11,545 nucleotides of DNA from Candidatus Heimdallarchaeota archaeon (GCA_019057375.1 DXJF01000059.1:1-11545), one strand, 5' to 3'. Positions 1-8,034 are shown, numbered from the stretch's first letter. The notes: generated by a model from the sequence alone, not told the origin. Made by a program: numbers and translations.

Positions 1-192
1 AAGAATAATTATAATTATTATAGTCTATCCATGGTATTATTAGGAGGACTTGGTCCACAGGGTCATGGATTTACATATTCCACGCCTAAAGGCGAAGTAA
101 TTGAAATCTGCTCGGATATTAAGGAGAACGAAGCAATAATTGTTAAATACAAACAATTCTTAAAAGAACAATTTTGGGTGAAAAAGGGATAG
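1..192 (+). CDS. 3' end of an unassigned ORF running in from outside the window; its C-terminus may be truncated or chimeric
   Basis: Frame +1 is open from base 1 to TAG at 190-192: [63 protein letters not shown]. It has protein-like composition and overlaps the next ORF in another frame. It is absent from the ORF track and no family was recognised. Confidence 0.55.
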   Translation, partial: KNNYNYYSLSMVLLGGLGPQGHGFTYSTPKGEVIEICSDIKENEAIIVKYKQFLKEQFWVKKG

Positions 193-2039
193 GAAGATTT
201 GCAGCTGCAAGAATTGGTAGCTCTCTAGAAATTATCTCTCAACCATTAAAATCTGAATCAAAATATATTATGAATTTTGAATGGAATGACTTCGATAAGA
301 AATATCTGAGCGAAATAGAAATTGAATATAGTAAAGAACCTATCAGAATTAAAGAAGAACATGGTTTAAAACTAAAAATACAGAATTTATATACATACAG
401 CTTAACTGTTCTAGTTAAGAATACTCATCTTGCATTAATAAAACTATTAACTGAAATAAAAGAGGAAATTGGAAATTTCGATGTTTACATTCAAATAAAA
501 GGAAATACACAATTAAGAAAAAATTATGCAGGAAAACTAAAACCTTCACCACTTTTAGAAAATTATAGATATCGAATAAAGGGCGATGTTTTCGAAAACG
601 GTAGATATAATTTAGAAATAGAATATCCAAATAAAGATGATCCAATACCAATATCTGGAGTCTTAATTTCTGATAAACGGAAAATAAAAAAGAAAGAAGA
701 AATAAATGAATGTGGACCTTTTGAGTTGGATGTAAGAGTTTGGGATAGAGATAATGAAGCTTTAAAAGAATTGAATGAAGTACTTCAACTAAAAAGGTTG
801 AAAGATGTGAGGGAGTTACTTGACAATAATTTGGGTTTATATGTTTATCGAGATGGTTTCAGAATTTTTCCTTATGGTGATCAAGGTTATGATTGGTTGG
901 AATTAAATAAGCGAAGATTCCAAAATCCATCTTTGAGATTGAGTAACAATCAGATATCTGGAAAAGTCCTTATATCGCGAGTTAATAATCCTGAATTAAG
1001 AGATAGTTCTCACAGACAAGGATTCATTGATACTCTCGAACTATTAACACTTAAACAAAGGATTACAGATACATTTGCACTTTTGGAACCCTTTAGATTT
1101 GATTATAGAAAAGAAATTAGAGACTCGCGTGAGGTTTTAAAATCTAGATCATTAATCTTTGATCGATTTGAACTTGAGAGCATCAGGGATGCAGTTGAAG
1201 CTGTTCCTGTTGAACATAGAGGAAATCTGAATGAGATTCTAGAAGAAAAAGAGAAAGATATTGAAAAATCGATAGATATAATTAAGAGACAATTGGTTGC
1301 TTATAGAAGACTCTCCGCAATGGGTATTTTTGCAGATAGAGCTTTACATGAAATAAATACGAATGTTGGAATAATAAAGAATAAATCAAGAGCAATACTT
1401 AGATATTTTAATAGATTAAGAAAAAATCAAACACAAAATATAGATGAACTTGAAGTAAAAGAAAAAACCAGTTATCTTGAATCTATACTCGCTTCAAATT
1501 CTATTATTTATCAGAGAATGAAGCTATTAGAACCTTTCTCAGGTAGAACTAAAAGTTCAAGAAAAACAAATGAATCAATTTACAATCTTATCAAGATAAC
1601 TTTGGAAAATTCCCAAAGCTTCATTCTTAAAAAATATAAGATTTCTAAAGATTTTCCTATTCTCCTTAACTTAAAGGGGAAAGATTGTCAAATCAGATGT
1701 ACTAAAGGTGATTGGATGACTATTTTTCAAAATCTGATTGATAATAGTATATACTGGGGAACTTTGCAAAATGATAAATTGGAAATAACTATTGAATTAG
1801 AAAAAGTAGGAAAGTGGATAATAATTAATTTTGAGGATAATGGTATGGGTATAGATTCAAAATTTGTTGATTCGATATTTGAACCTTATTTCAGTACAAA
1901 ACCCGATGGTATCGGGTTAGGATTAACAATCATAGGGGAGATCATACTAGATGAAGAAGGTGAAATAGCTTTAGTTGTATCAGAAAAAGGAGCTAAGTTT
2001 CAATTAAGAATACCTAAAGAGAAGGAAGTGATTAAGTGA
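174..2039 (+). CDS. Hybrid MORC/HATPase_c_3-type GHKL (partial) + S5-like domain + histidine kinase; 5'-truncated
   Basis: N-terminal [10 protein letters not shown] is the GHKL glycine box. [31 protein letters not shown] is typical of the S5-like transducer of prokaryotic MORC-type ATPases. Kinase boxes: H-box ALHEINT (His codon 1347-1349), N-box [10 protein letters not shown]1 FEDNGMGI, F-box [10 protein letters not shown]2 GIGLGL. An in-frame TAA at 144-146 means the GHKL N-box and DxGxG box cannot be encoded upstream in this frame. No TM segment is visible. Confidence 0.85.
   Translation: MGEKGIGRFAAARIGSSLEIISQPLKSESKYIMNFEWNDFDKKYLSEIEIEYSKEPIRIKEEHGLKLKIQNLYTYSLTVLVKNTHLALIKLLTEIKEEIGNFDVYIQIKGNTQLRKNYAGKLKPSPLLENYRYRIKGDVFENGRYNLEIEYPNKDDPIPISGVLISDKRKIKKKEEINECGPFELDVRVWDRDNEALKELNEVLQLKRLKDVRELLDNNLGLYVYRDGFRIFPYGDQGYDWLELNKRRFQNPSLRLSNNQISGKVLISRVNNPELRDSSHRQGFIDTLELLTLKQRITDTFALLEPFRFDYRKEIRDSREVLKSRSLIFDRFELESIRDAVEAVPVEHRGNLNEILEEKEKDIEKSIDIIKRQLVAYRRLSAMGIFADRALHEINTNVGIIKNKSRAILRYFNRLRKNQTQNIDELEVKEKTSYLESILASNSIIYQRMKLLEPFSGRTKSSRKTNESIYNLIKITLENSQSFILKKYKISKDFPILLNLKGKDCQIRCTKGDWMTIFQNLIDNSIYWGTLQNDKLEITIELEKVGKWIIINFEDNGMGIDSKFVDSIFEPYFSTKPDGIGLGLTIIGEIILDEEGEIALVVSEKGAKFQLRIPKEKEVIK
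2024..2032 (+). promoter_or_regulatory. Archaeal-type Shine-Dalgarno site for the REC gene; GTGA start/stop overlap
   Basis: GGAAGTGAT is an 8/9 match to GGAGGTGAT. It precedes GTG 2036-2038, which overlaps the kinase stop TGA 2037-2039, suggesting translational coupling. Confidence 0.6.
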
Positions 2040-3181
2040 CAAGAAAGCTTGTGAATTTACTTTATATAGAAGATCAAATTGAAGATGACTTTAAGAAACT
2101 GTTAGACGAAGAATACTTTGAATTGGATAAAGAAGTTAAACTTAATGTTGAAGTAGTTAAAACAATAGCTAGTGCAAAAGAACATTTATGCAAAAAAAAT
2201 CCTGATATTCTCATTATAGATATCAAATTAGATGATAAATATGAAGATATTGAAGGTTTTGATTGGTTTGAAAATGAATTTAGAAATAGTAATTTCATTC
2301 CAGTTATTTTCTATTCTGCAAATCTGAAAATGATAGAAGGATATTCAAAGATTAGACCACTGAAATTGATTCCTAAAGGAGCTGATGAAGAAAATGGGGG
2401 TTTGGAGGGTCTTGCTAATGCAATATTCGAAATACAAAAATCTCAAATTCAGGAATCCATTCAGATTATTCAGCAGGAAATTGATAAGATTAGGAATAAT
2501 TTTCTTTGGGATTACCTAGATTATGATATCTTCCAAGATAAAGATGAAGAATTTATTATTAATTATAGAGAAAAACTTATCTCACGAATTGGTGTCACAT
2601 TAATCGCAGACAAAATTTGGTCTGAAAATATTGATGCAAATAAAGTAATAATAGTACCACCATTAAGTAGAACAATAAACTGTTTTTCTGAAGCTACAAA
2701 TAATGGTATTTCTAAACGAATGATTTTATCTGGCGAAATCATAAAGATTGATGAAGAATTTATGATTAGTGTTTCTTCAACTTGCGATATTTTAAACTCA
2801 GAAATCAAAAATGTAACCTTTTGTAAACTTAAGAATATTAATCAAATACTTAATATCGATCCCACGCAAGAAATAAGTAACAAAAAGTGGGGAAGAATCA
2901 AAGATATTAGCAACCACTCTAATCCAAGGTACTATTATATTCCTAGAATTCCTGAATTTGAAATGAATGAGATGCTAGTTGATTTTAATGATATCAACCA
3001 ATTGAACAAGGAATTCTTGTCTCAGAAAATTAAAGAAAATGAAAATGTGATTATTGCTTCCCTTCTACCACCTTTCTCCGATAGATTATTAATGCAATTT
3101 GGAAATTATTTTAGGATAGGTACTCCACAAATAGCACAAATACAAGATTTAGATGTTTATAAAAAATATAGAGAAGAATAA
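2036..3181 (+). CDS. Response regulator receiver (REC) domain fused to an uncharacterised C-terminal effector domain
   Basis: REC motifs: acidic pocket LYIEDQ, phosphoacceptor PDILIIDIKLD (Asp 2219-2221), PVIFYSA and LIPKG. The C-terminal part contains SGEII, SVSSTCDI, NPRYYYIP, MLVDFNDI and FRIGTP, with no evident HTH. Confidence 0.85.
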   Translation: MTRKLVNLLYIEDQIEDDFKKLLDEEYFELDKEVKLNVEVVKTIASAKEHLCKKNPDILIIDIKLDDKYEDIEGFDWFENEFRNSNFIPVIFYSANLKMIEGYSKIRPLKLIPKGADEENGGLEGLANAIFEIQKSQIQESIQIIQQEIDKIRNNFLWDYLDYDIFQDKDEEFIINYREKLISRIGVTLIADKIWSENIDANKVIIVPPLSRTINCFSEATNNGISKRMILSGEIIKIDEEFMISVSSTCDILNSEIKNVTFCKLKNINQILNIDPTQEISNKKWGRIKDISNHSNPRYYYIPRIPEFEMNEMLVDFNDINQLNKEFLSQKIKENENVIIASLLPPFSDRLLMQFGNYFRIGTPQIAQIQDLDVYKKYREE

Positions 3182-3230
3182 ATTTGCATTTAGATTTATT
3201 AAACAAAGTACAATTAGAGGAATGATATTC

Positions 3231-4493
3231 ATGGAAAAGGAATTTATTATACTTGATCTATTTTCAGGTCCAGGAGGTTTACTGGAAGGTTTTCTTAATG
3301 AAAACTTCAATTCAATTGCTCATATTGAGATGGATAAATATGCATCCTTGACACTTGAAACTCGTTTATTGTATCACATACTGAAAAATAACAAAGAAAC
3401 AGAGTTGTACTTTAATTATCTTAGAAAAAAAACAGCTAGAGAAAATCTTTTTGAGCAAGTTATGAAATTAGATAAGAACATTAACAAAAGAACAATTAGA
3501 AAAGAAATATCAACTGAAACCATAAGAGCTTTAAAGAATAAAGTATCAAGAATCTTGAATAGTGACGATACAAAGGAAATTGATGTTATTCTTGGTGGTC
3601 CTCCATGTCAACCTTATTCTTATGTAGGAAGAAGCAGAGATCCAGATAATATGAATAATGATCCAAGAAATTACCTTTACAAACATTTTCTAAACTTTGT
3701 AAAACATTACCAACCGAAGATTTTCGTTTTTGAAAATGTACCAGGTATGCTTAATGCAAAAAATAGTAAAATCATAAGAAATTTTGAAGAAATTTGCAAA
3801 GATATAGGATATAATCTCGAATATAATATTCTTGATTCATCAGATTTTCTTGTTCTACAGAAAAGAAAAAGAGTTATTATGTTTGGTTGGAAGAAAGAGT
3901 TCAAACTCAAGTATCCGATATTTAAAAGAAATGATCATGAATATAAAGTATCAAATTTGTTAGATGATTTACCTTCTTTAGAATCAACTGAGGGTAATGA
4001 TGGACCTTCAGAATACTCCTCAGCACCAACAAAATATCTTATTGAATCTAATATAAGAAATTCTGCAGATATTTTAATTCACCATAAAGCAAGATTTCTA
4101 AATGAAAGAGATAAGAAGATTTATCGAAAAGCAATAAACAAATGGAATAATGGGAATGAGCGACTTAAATACAATGAACTCCCAAGAGAGTTGATTGAGC
4201 ATAAAAACTTGAATTCCTTTCTAGATCGATTTAAAATTGTTGCAGGCAATTTAAAAAGTAGTCATAGCATTGTTGCTCATATTTCAAAGGATGGTCATTA
4301 TTATATTCATCCTGATATAAATCAAGCCCGTTCCTTAACAGTACGCGAAGCAGCAAGAATACAGTCTTTCCCAGACAATTATAAATTTGAAGGACCAAGA
4401 ACTTCTCAATTTAAACAGGTTGGTAATGCAGTTCCACCTTTAATGGCTAGAGAAATCGCTAAGGAAGTTAGAAAAATGTTGGAGGAGATATAG
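3231..4493 (+). CDS. dcm: DNA (cytosine-5)-methyltransferase
   Basis: Motif I LDLFSGPGG, IV GGPPCQPYS (catalytic Cys), VI FVFENVPG, VIII LQKRKRV, IX RSLTVREAARIQSFPD and X QVGNAVPP. Start placed at ATG 3231 because of the SD-like GAGGAATGAT at 3217-3226 and because motif I follows within a few residues; ATG 3222 is an alternative. The symbol is family-level and the target specificity is unknown. Confidence 0.96.
   Translation: MEKEFIILDLFSGPGGLLEGFLNENFNSIAHIEMDKYASLTLETRLLYHILKNNKETELYFNYLRKKTARENLFEQVMKLDKNINKRTIRKEISTETIRALKNKVSRILNSDDTKEIDVILGGPPCQPYSYVGRSRDPDNMNNDPRNYLYKHFLNFVKHYQPKIFVFENVPGMLNAKNSKIIRNFEEICKDIGYNLEYNILDSSDFLVLQKRKRVIMFGWKKEFKLKYPIFKRNDHEYKVSNLLDDLPSLESTEGNDGPSEYSSAPTKYLIESNIRNSADILIHHKARFLNERDKKIYRKAINKWNNGNERLKYNELPRELIEHKNLNSFLDRFKIVAGNLKSSHSIVAHISKDGHYYIHPDINQARSLTVREAARIQSFPDNYKFEGPRTSQFKQVGNAVPPLMAREIAKEVRKMLEEI
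4481..4485 (+). promoter_or_regulatory. GGAGG Shine-Dalgarno-like site at the end of the methyltransferase gene
   Basis: GGAGG at 4481-4485 lies 5 nt before the TAG at 4491-4493, roughly where a start codon for the downstream glycosylase would be expected. It also encodes Leu-Glu-Glu, so it could be coincidental. Confidence 0.35.
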
Positions 4494-5138
4494 TTTAAAT
4501 CCAAAATCAAGTTTATTCAGAAAGAAATCATTAACTGGAGTAAAAAGAACCTTCGAAACTATCCATGGAGAGTAACCACTAATATCTATGAAATCGTTAT
4601 TGCAGAGATATTACTTCATAGAACAAAAGCAAATCAAGTGTTAGAAATTTTTAATAATTTTGTAAAGAAATATCCTGATTTTATATCCATTAAAAGTGCT
4701 GGTTCTGATAGAATTCAAAAAGAACTATTTTCATTAGGTTTAGAATGGAGAGCAAGAATGCTTTATGATATGTCAGAAGTTATTGTGAGGGAGTATAATG
4801 GTAAACTTCCTATAGAAAAGGAAAAATTGATGAATCTACCAGGAATTGGAGAATATATTGCTTCAGCAGTTTTATGTTTTGGCTTCAATTTACCTGAACC
4901 AATTCTAGATACTAATACTGTAAGAATCATAGGTAGAGTATATGGATTAAAAATAACTGATTCCTCAAGAAGAAAAAAAATATTCAAAGAGATTATGCAA
5001 AAGTTAGTAGATTGTGTTAATCCTAAACAATTTTCATTATCTATGCTAGATTTTGCAGCTTTAGTTTGTCTTCCAAAGAATCCGTTGTGTTTCGATTGTT
5101 CTTTGAATAAATTATGTAGATACTTTCAGAATATGTAA
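4494..5138 (+). CDS. mig: HhH-GPD [4Fe-4S] DNA glycosylase, MIG-like (T:G/U:G mismatch); real start codon unresolved
   Basis: The frame is open from 4494, 48 codons upstream of the ORF-track GTG at 4638. It reads INWSKKNLRNYPWR..YEIVIAEILLHRT; EILLxRT is the MIG-type signature, whereas MutY has EVMLQQT. HhH motif LMNLPGIGEYIASAV, catalytic DTN, and Fe-S motif C-X6-C-X2-C-X5-C (CLPKNPLCFDCSLNKLC). Confidence 0.85.
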   Translation, partial: FKSKIKFIQKEIINWSKKNLRNYPWRVTTNIYEIVIAEILLHRTKANQVLEIFNNFVKKYPDFISIKSAGSDRIQKELFSLGLEWRARMLYDMSEVIVREYNGKLPIEKEKLMNLPGIGEYIASAVLCFGFNLPEPILDTNTVRIIGRVYGLKITDSSRRKKIFKEIMQKLVDCVNPKQFSLSMLDFAALVCLPKNPLCFDCSLNKLCRYFQNM

Positions 5139-5158
5139 TAATACGATATATAGACTTT

Positions 5159-8002
5159 CTAGTAGAGTAACTCTATTACTTTGTTGATTTTCTCCACAAT
5201 TTCTGATCTTTTCAGTTCTACTTCCTCAAATGAAATGATTTCATGGTGCGATAAAGGATTTCTTAAATCTTTTAAATGGTAACAAGTATCTCTTAATAAG
5301 TCAATACTCTCAATAAGATTCATTTCTTTCAAAAAATCTCTGAAATGTAAATTTATTGGATCTTGAGTTCTAGTTAATTTCCTAACTATATGAAACATTT
5401 GTCCAAGTGTTACAGTTTGACTACTATCGTGAAAGGATCTTAAAAATTTGGATCTAGATTTCTTTTCAATATCTTTTGGAATATGCGAACCATAAATTCC
5501 TTTTAAATAATCAATAAAGGGTAAAGTTAACTCCATTTGAAGCATTAATTCATAACTTTTTGAATATGCTTGAATAATAGCAGATGCATCATTTAGTTGA
5601 ATATCCTTATCAGTTAGAAAATAGTAAATTTTATCTCCTGTAATTAAGGAATCTCTTATTTTTGAACCTTTAGGAATTTTATTTATATTGAAAGTAGTAC
5701 TCTTCAATCTTTCAAATATAGATAATTCTTTCTTTAATTCTTCAAGACTGATTTTATTGTGTTTATTTTTTGATACAATGTTTATACTGTTATTTAAGCA
5801 AATTATTGCATGATTATAATCGAGAATACTTGCGTAAGATTTTCCTTTTAAATAATAAGCGATATAGTTAGTTTCATCTTCTTCAATAGCCTTATTATAT
5901 AGTTCAATTGCTTCAAGATGTTCATCTTTTTTAGCATAAACTTTTCCCAGATTAGTATTCAATTCTGATTTATCAGTTCTGTTAAAACATAAATTCAATG
6001 ACGATTCAAGAAAATCTACCGATAGATTAAGAAAGCCTAATTCTGAAAGAAGAAGTCCTATTTTGAAACAAATATTTTTCTTTCTTCTTGATTCGAACTT
6101 TTCAGAGAAAATGATTAGTGCTTCTTCTATTTCCTCAGGGCTTACAAACTGAGCAATCGTTCTAACAAATTCTTCTAGATAAGCTTCAATAATTTCTTCT
6201 TCAAAACTTCTATTTTCAATGAAATATGTGTACTTCTTTTTAGAATGAAGTAACTCAATACATCCCAAATAGGCTAGAGCTGTAGAATTTTTATTATTAA
6301 TTCTAAGTACATCAGTAAAGAATGTATTCGCATTTTTTAAATCTTTGGAGAAAAAGTAAGCTTGAGCTAGATTTAGAGAAAGGTCTTCAAGAACCTCGTC
6401 CAATTCTTTTTTCTCAAAACTCGATAGCAAGTGATTAAAATGTTTTATTGAGTTATCAAAATAAAAACTTAACAAAGATATACTTCCCCACGAGAAAAAT
6501 TTGGTTATCTCTTCATCAATAGCTTGTTTTTTCAGAGCATATTCAGGATTTGTATCTGTATTGAAGATTTCATCAATATGAAGCAGTCTTTTTCTTTGTT
6601 TATCATATGACGGATGGTTTTGTTTGAAACTGTGAATTGAAGTTCTTAGATATTCTCTTTCTTTTTGAAAATCAAAAATTCTACTATAAAAACCAGCAAA
6701 ATTGCTATAGATGAAGGAACGTAAATTATTACTTACAGTGGATACATTAATCTTTGCTTGATTTAGATAATTTTCAGAATCTTTTAATTTACCCAACTTA
6801 TAGAATTCTTCTCCAATTCTAATTAAATTGATAACTGATAAGTATTGATCTTTTTCAGTATTAGATGATTTCGGTAAGTTCTTTGCAAGAAGATAGTGTT
6901 TCAAAGCTTCTTCATGATTCCCCAACTCTCTGTATATTGTAGCTATTGAATCATGAAGAAGAAAACCATATTGATTCTGAATAAATCTCTCATCAATTAT
7001 TGCATTTAATATTCTGAGAAGATCGTAATGGTATCCATTCTTCTTTAATTGCAAAACAGAATTCATAAAATTTTGTAGATCATTACTATTTGACAGTAAC
7101 AGCACTTCATTTTTTAAATACATATTCAAATTTCGCAAATCATATTCCTTATTCAGTATATTGATTTTTTCTTCATTTGAATACTCAAGAAACCATTCAA
7201 TAGAAATTATCGATTGAAGATCATTTATGAATTTATTAAATTGGAGGATGTTTTCTCTGATATTAGGAATTATAGTTTCCAAGAGTGATATTATATCATT
7301 GAAGATTTCTTGGTTGTTATAAGTAATTAATGCTGATAACTGTGGGTGAAAATTGTTCTGATAGATATCAAAATAATTAATTTCTTGAATCGCATATTTG
7401 ATTGAATAGTTGTAATAATATGCATTTGATTGACTCCCCTCAAATACTCTTTGAGATTTTAAAACCTGATAACCTCCAAATAATCCAATTGAATAATCGT
7501 TAAAGAATGAGAGAATAGCTTGATTTTCATGTAAATCGTTTTTCTCTAAACTTTGTTTTAACTGATAATGAAGAAATTCTTGTGTTGACCATTGATTTTG
7601 AATATTTGAGATATCAAAGAATCCTTTGGAAGAATATGGTAATTTGTTTTCTATATGAGTATCACCCTTTCTTTTTTGATTTATTATGGTTCTAGGTTCT
7701 TCAAGTAACTCTCCAATTATTCTAGTCATTAATTTCTTCATCCGAAAATATACACTCTTATCATTCAAGATTTCGTTGTAAACAAAGCAAAGAAATCCTA
7801 AATCCTTGACTCTTCTTCTCTGAAAATTGTTAACAAGAACCATTTCTCGCAATTTTTTCAATTTTTCATCTTCACTTGCATTATTAACTTCTATTAGTAT
7901 CTTTTTTCTATAGTCTATTGAGTATTTCTCAAAAGCGAAAGAGATATTAATTATCGATTTTTCAGGTTTTCTTTTTCCTTCTTGTGACAACGAATCCACC
8001 AA
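5159..8002 (-). CDS. Large TPR-repeat protein with a C-terminal HEPN-like domain (putative RNase effector)
   Basis: About 7-8 TPR-like units lie between ~5770 and ~6965 (e.g. SIATIYRELGNHEEALKHYLLA, NLAQAYFFSKDLKNANTFFTDVLRIN, NLGKVYAKKDEHLEAIELYNKAIEED). The C-terminal helical domain has DASAIIQAYSKSYELML, TLGQM and LRNPLSH (R-X4-H at 5246-5263). The start is TTG 8002 or the adjacent GTG 7999. Confidence 0.8.
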   Translation of the reverse strand: MVDSLSQEGKRKPEKSIINISFAFEKYSIDYRKKILIEVNNASEDEKLKKLREMVLVNNFQRRRVKDLGFLCFVYNEILNDKSVYFRMKKLMTRIIGELLEEPRTIINQKRKGDTHIENKLPYSSKGFFDISNIQNQWSTQEFLHYQLKQSLEKNDLHENQAILSFFNDYSIGLFGGYQVLKSQRVFEGSQSNAYYYNYSIKYAIQEINYFDIYQNNFHPQLSALITYNNQEIFNDIISLLETIIPNIRENILQFNKFINDLQSIISIEWFLEYSNEEKINILNKEYDLRNLNMYLKNEVLLLSNSNDLQNFMNSVLQLKKNGYHYDLLRILNAIIDERFIQNQYGFLLHDSIATIYRELGNHEEALKHYLLAKNLPKSSNTEKDQYLSVINLIRIGEEFYKLGKLKDSENYLNQAKINVSTVSNNLRSFIYSNFAGFYSRIFDFQKEREYLRTSIHSFKQNHPSYDKQRKRLLHIDEIFNTDTNPEYALKKQAIDEEITKFFSWGSISLLSFYFDNSIKHFNHLLSSFEKKELDEVLEDLSLNLAQAYFFSKDLKNANTFFTDVLRINNKNSTALAYLGCIELLHSKKKYTYFIENRSFEEEIIEAYLEEFVRTIAQFVSPEEIEEALIIFSEKFESRRKKNICFKIGLLLSELGFLNLSVDFLESSLNLCFNRTDKSELNTNLGKVYAKKDEHLEAIELYNKAIEEDETNYIAYYLKGKSYASILDYNHAIICLNNSINIVSKNKHNKISLEELKKELSIFERLKSTTFNINKIPKGSKIRDSLITGDKIYYFLTDKDIQLNDASAIIQAYSKSYELMLQMELTLPFIDYLKGIYGSHIPKDIEKKSRSKFLRSFHDSSQTVTLGQMFHIVRKLTRTQDPINLHFRDFLKEMNLIESIDLLRDTCYHLKDLRNPLSHHEIISFEEVELKRSEIVEKINKVIELLY

Positions 8003-8023
8003 TTACTAAAAAAAATGATTTTT

Positions 8024-8034
8024 CTTTTAAAAAA
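8024..8034 (-). promoter_or_regulatory. Candidate TATA box for a leaderless TPR-HEPN transcript
   Basis: The minus strand reads TTTTTTTAAAA, centred about 26 nt upstream of the TTG start, and no SD is visible. This is weak evidence in such AT-rich DNA. Confidence 0.25.

Noticed and set aside
177-188. Programmed -1 frameshift at G_AAA_AAG fusing the upstream ORF to the kinase
   Set aside because: The heptamer is not a canonical X_XXY_YYZ, no stimulatory structure is evident, and shifting there would cut into the GEKGIG motif.
3153-3230. ORF-track start of the methyltransferase at 3153
   Set aside because: It overlaps the REC gene by 29 nt and adds a non-conserved extension. An SD-like site and the position of motif I favour ATG 3231 (or 3222).
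4491-4493. Genome-wide TAG reassignment (e.g. to pyrrolysine) as the explanation for the MTase-glycosylase junction
   Set aside because: TAG appears to be a true stop elsewhere in the window: at 10493-10495 right after a TM anchor and basic tail, and at 5159-5161 after the HEPN domain. Only site-specific readthrough remains possible.
415-4987. Minus-strand short ORFs 415..651, 2074..2298, 2563..2808, 3707..3910 and 4763..4987
   Set aside because: They are antisense shadows of well-supported genes with low-complexity L/F/S/I composition and no motifs.
4638-5138. Calling the glycosylase MutY and starting it at GTG 4638
   Set aside because: That start removes the conserved PWR and EILLxRT motifs. 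The signature is MIG-like rather than EVMLQQT, and there is no MutT-like C-terminal domain.
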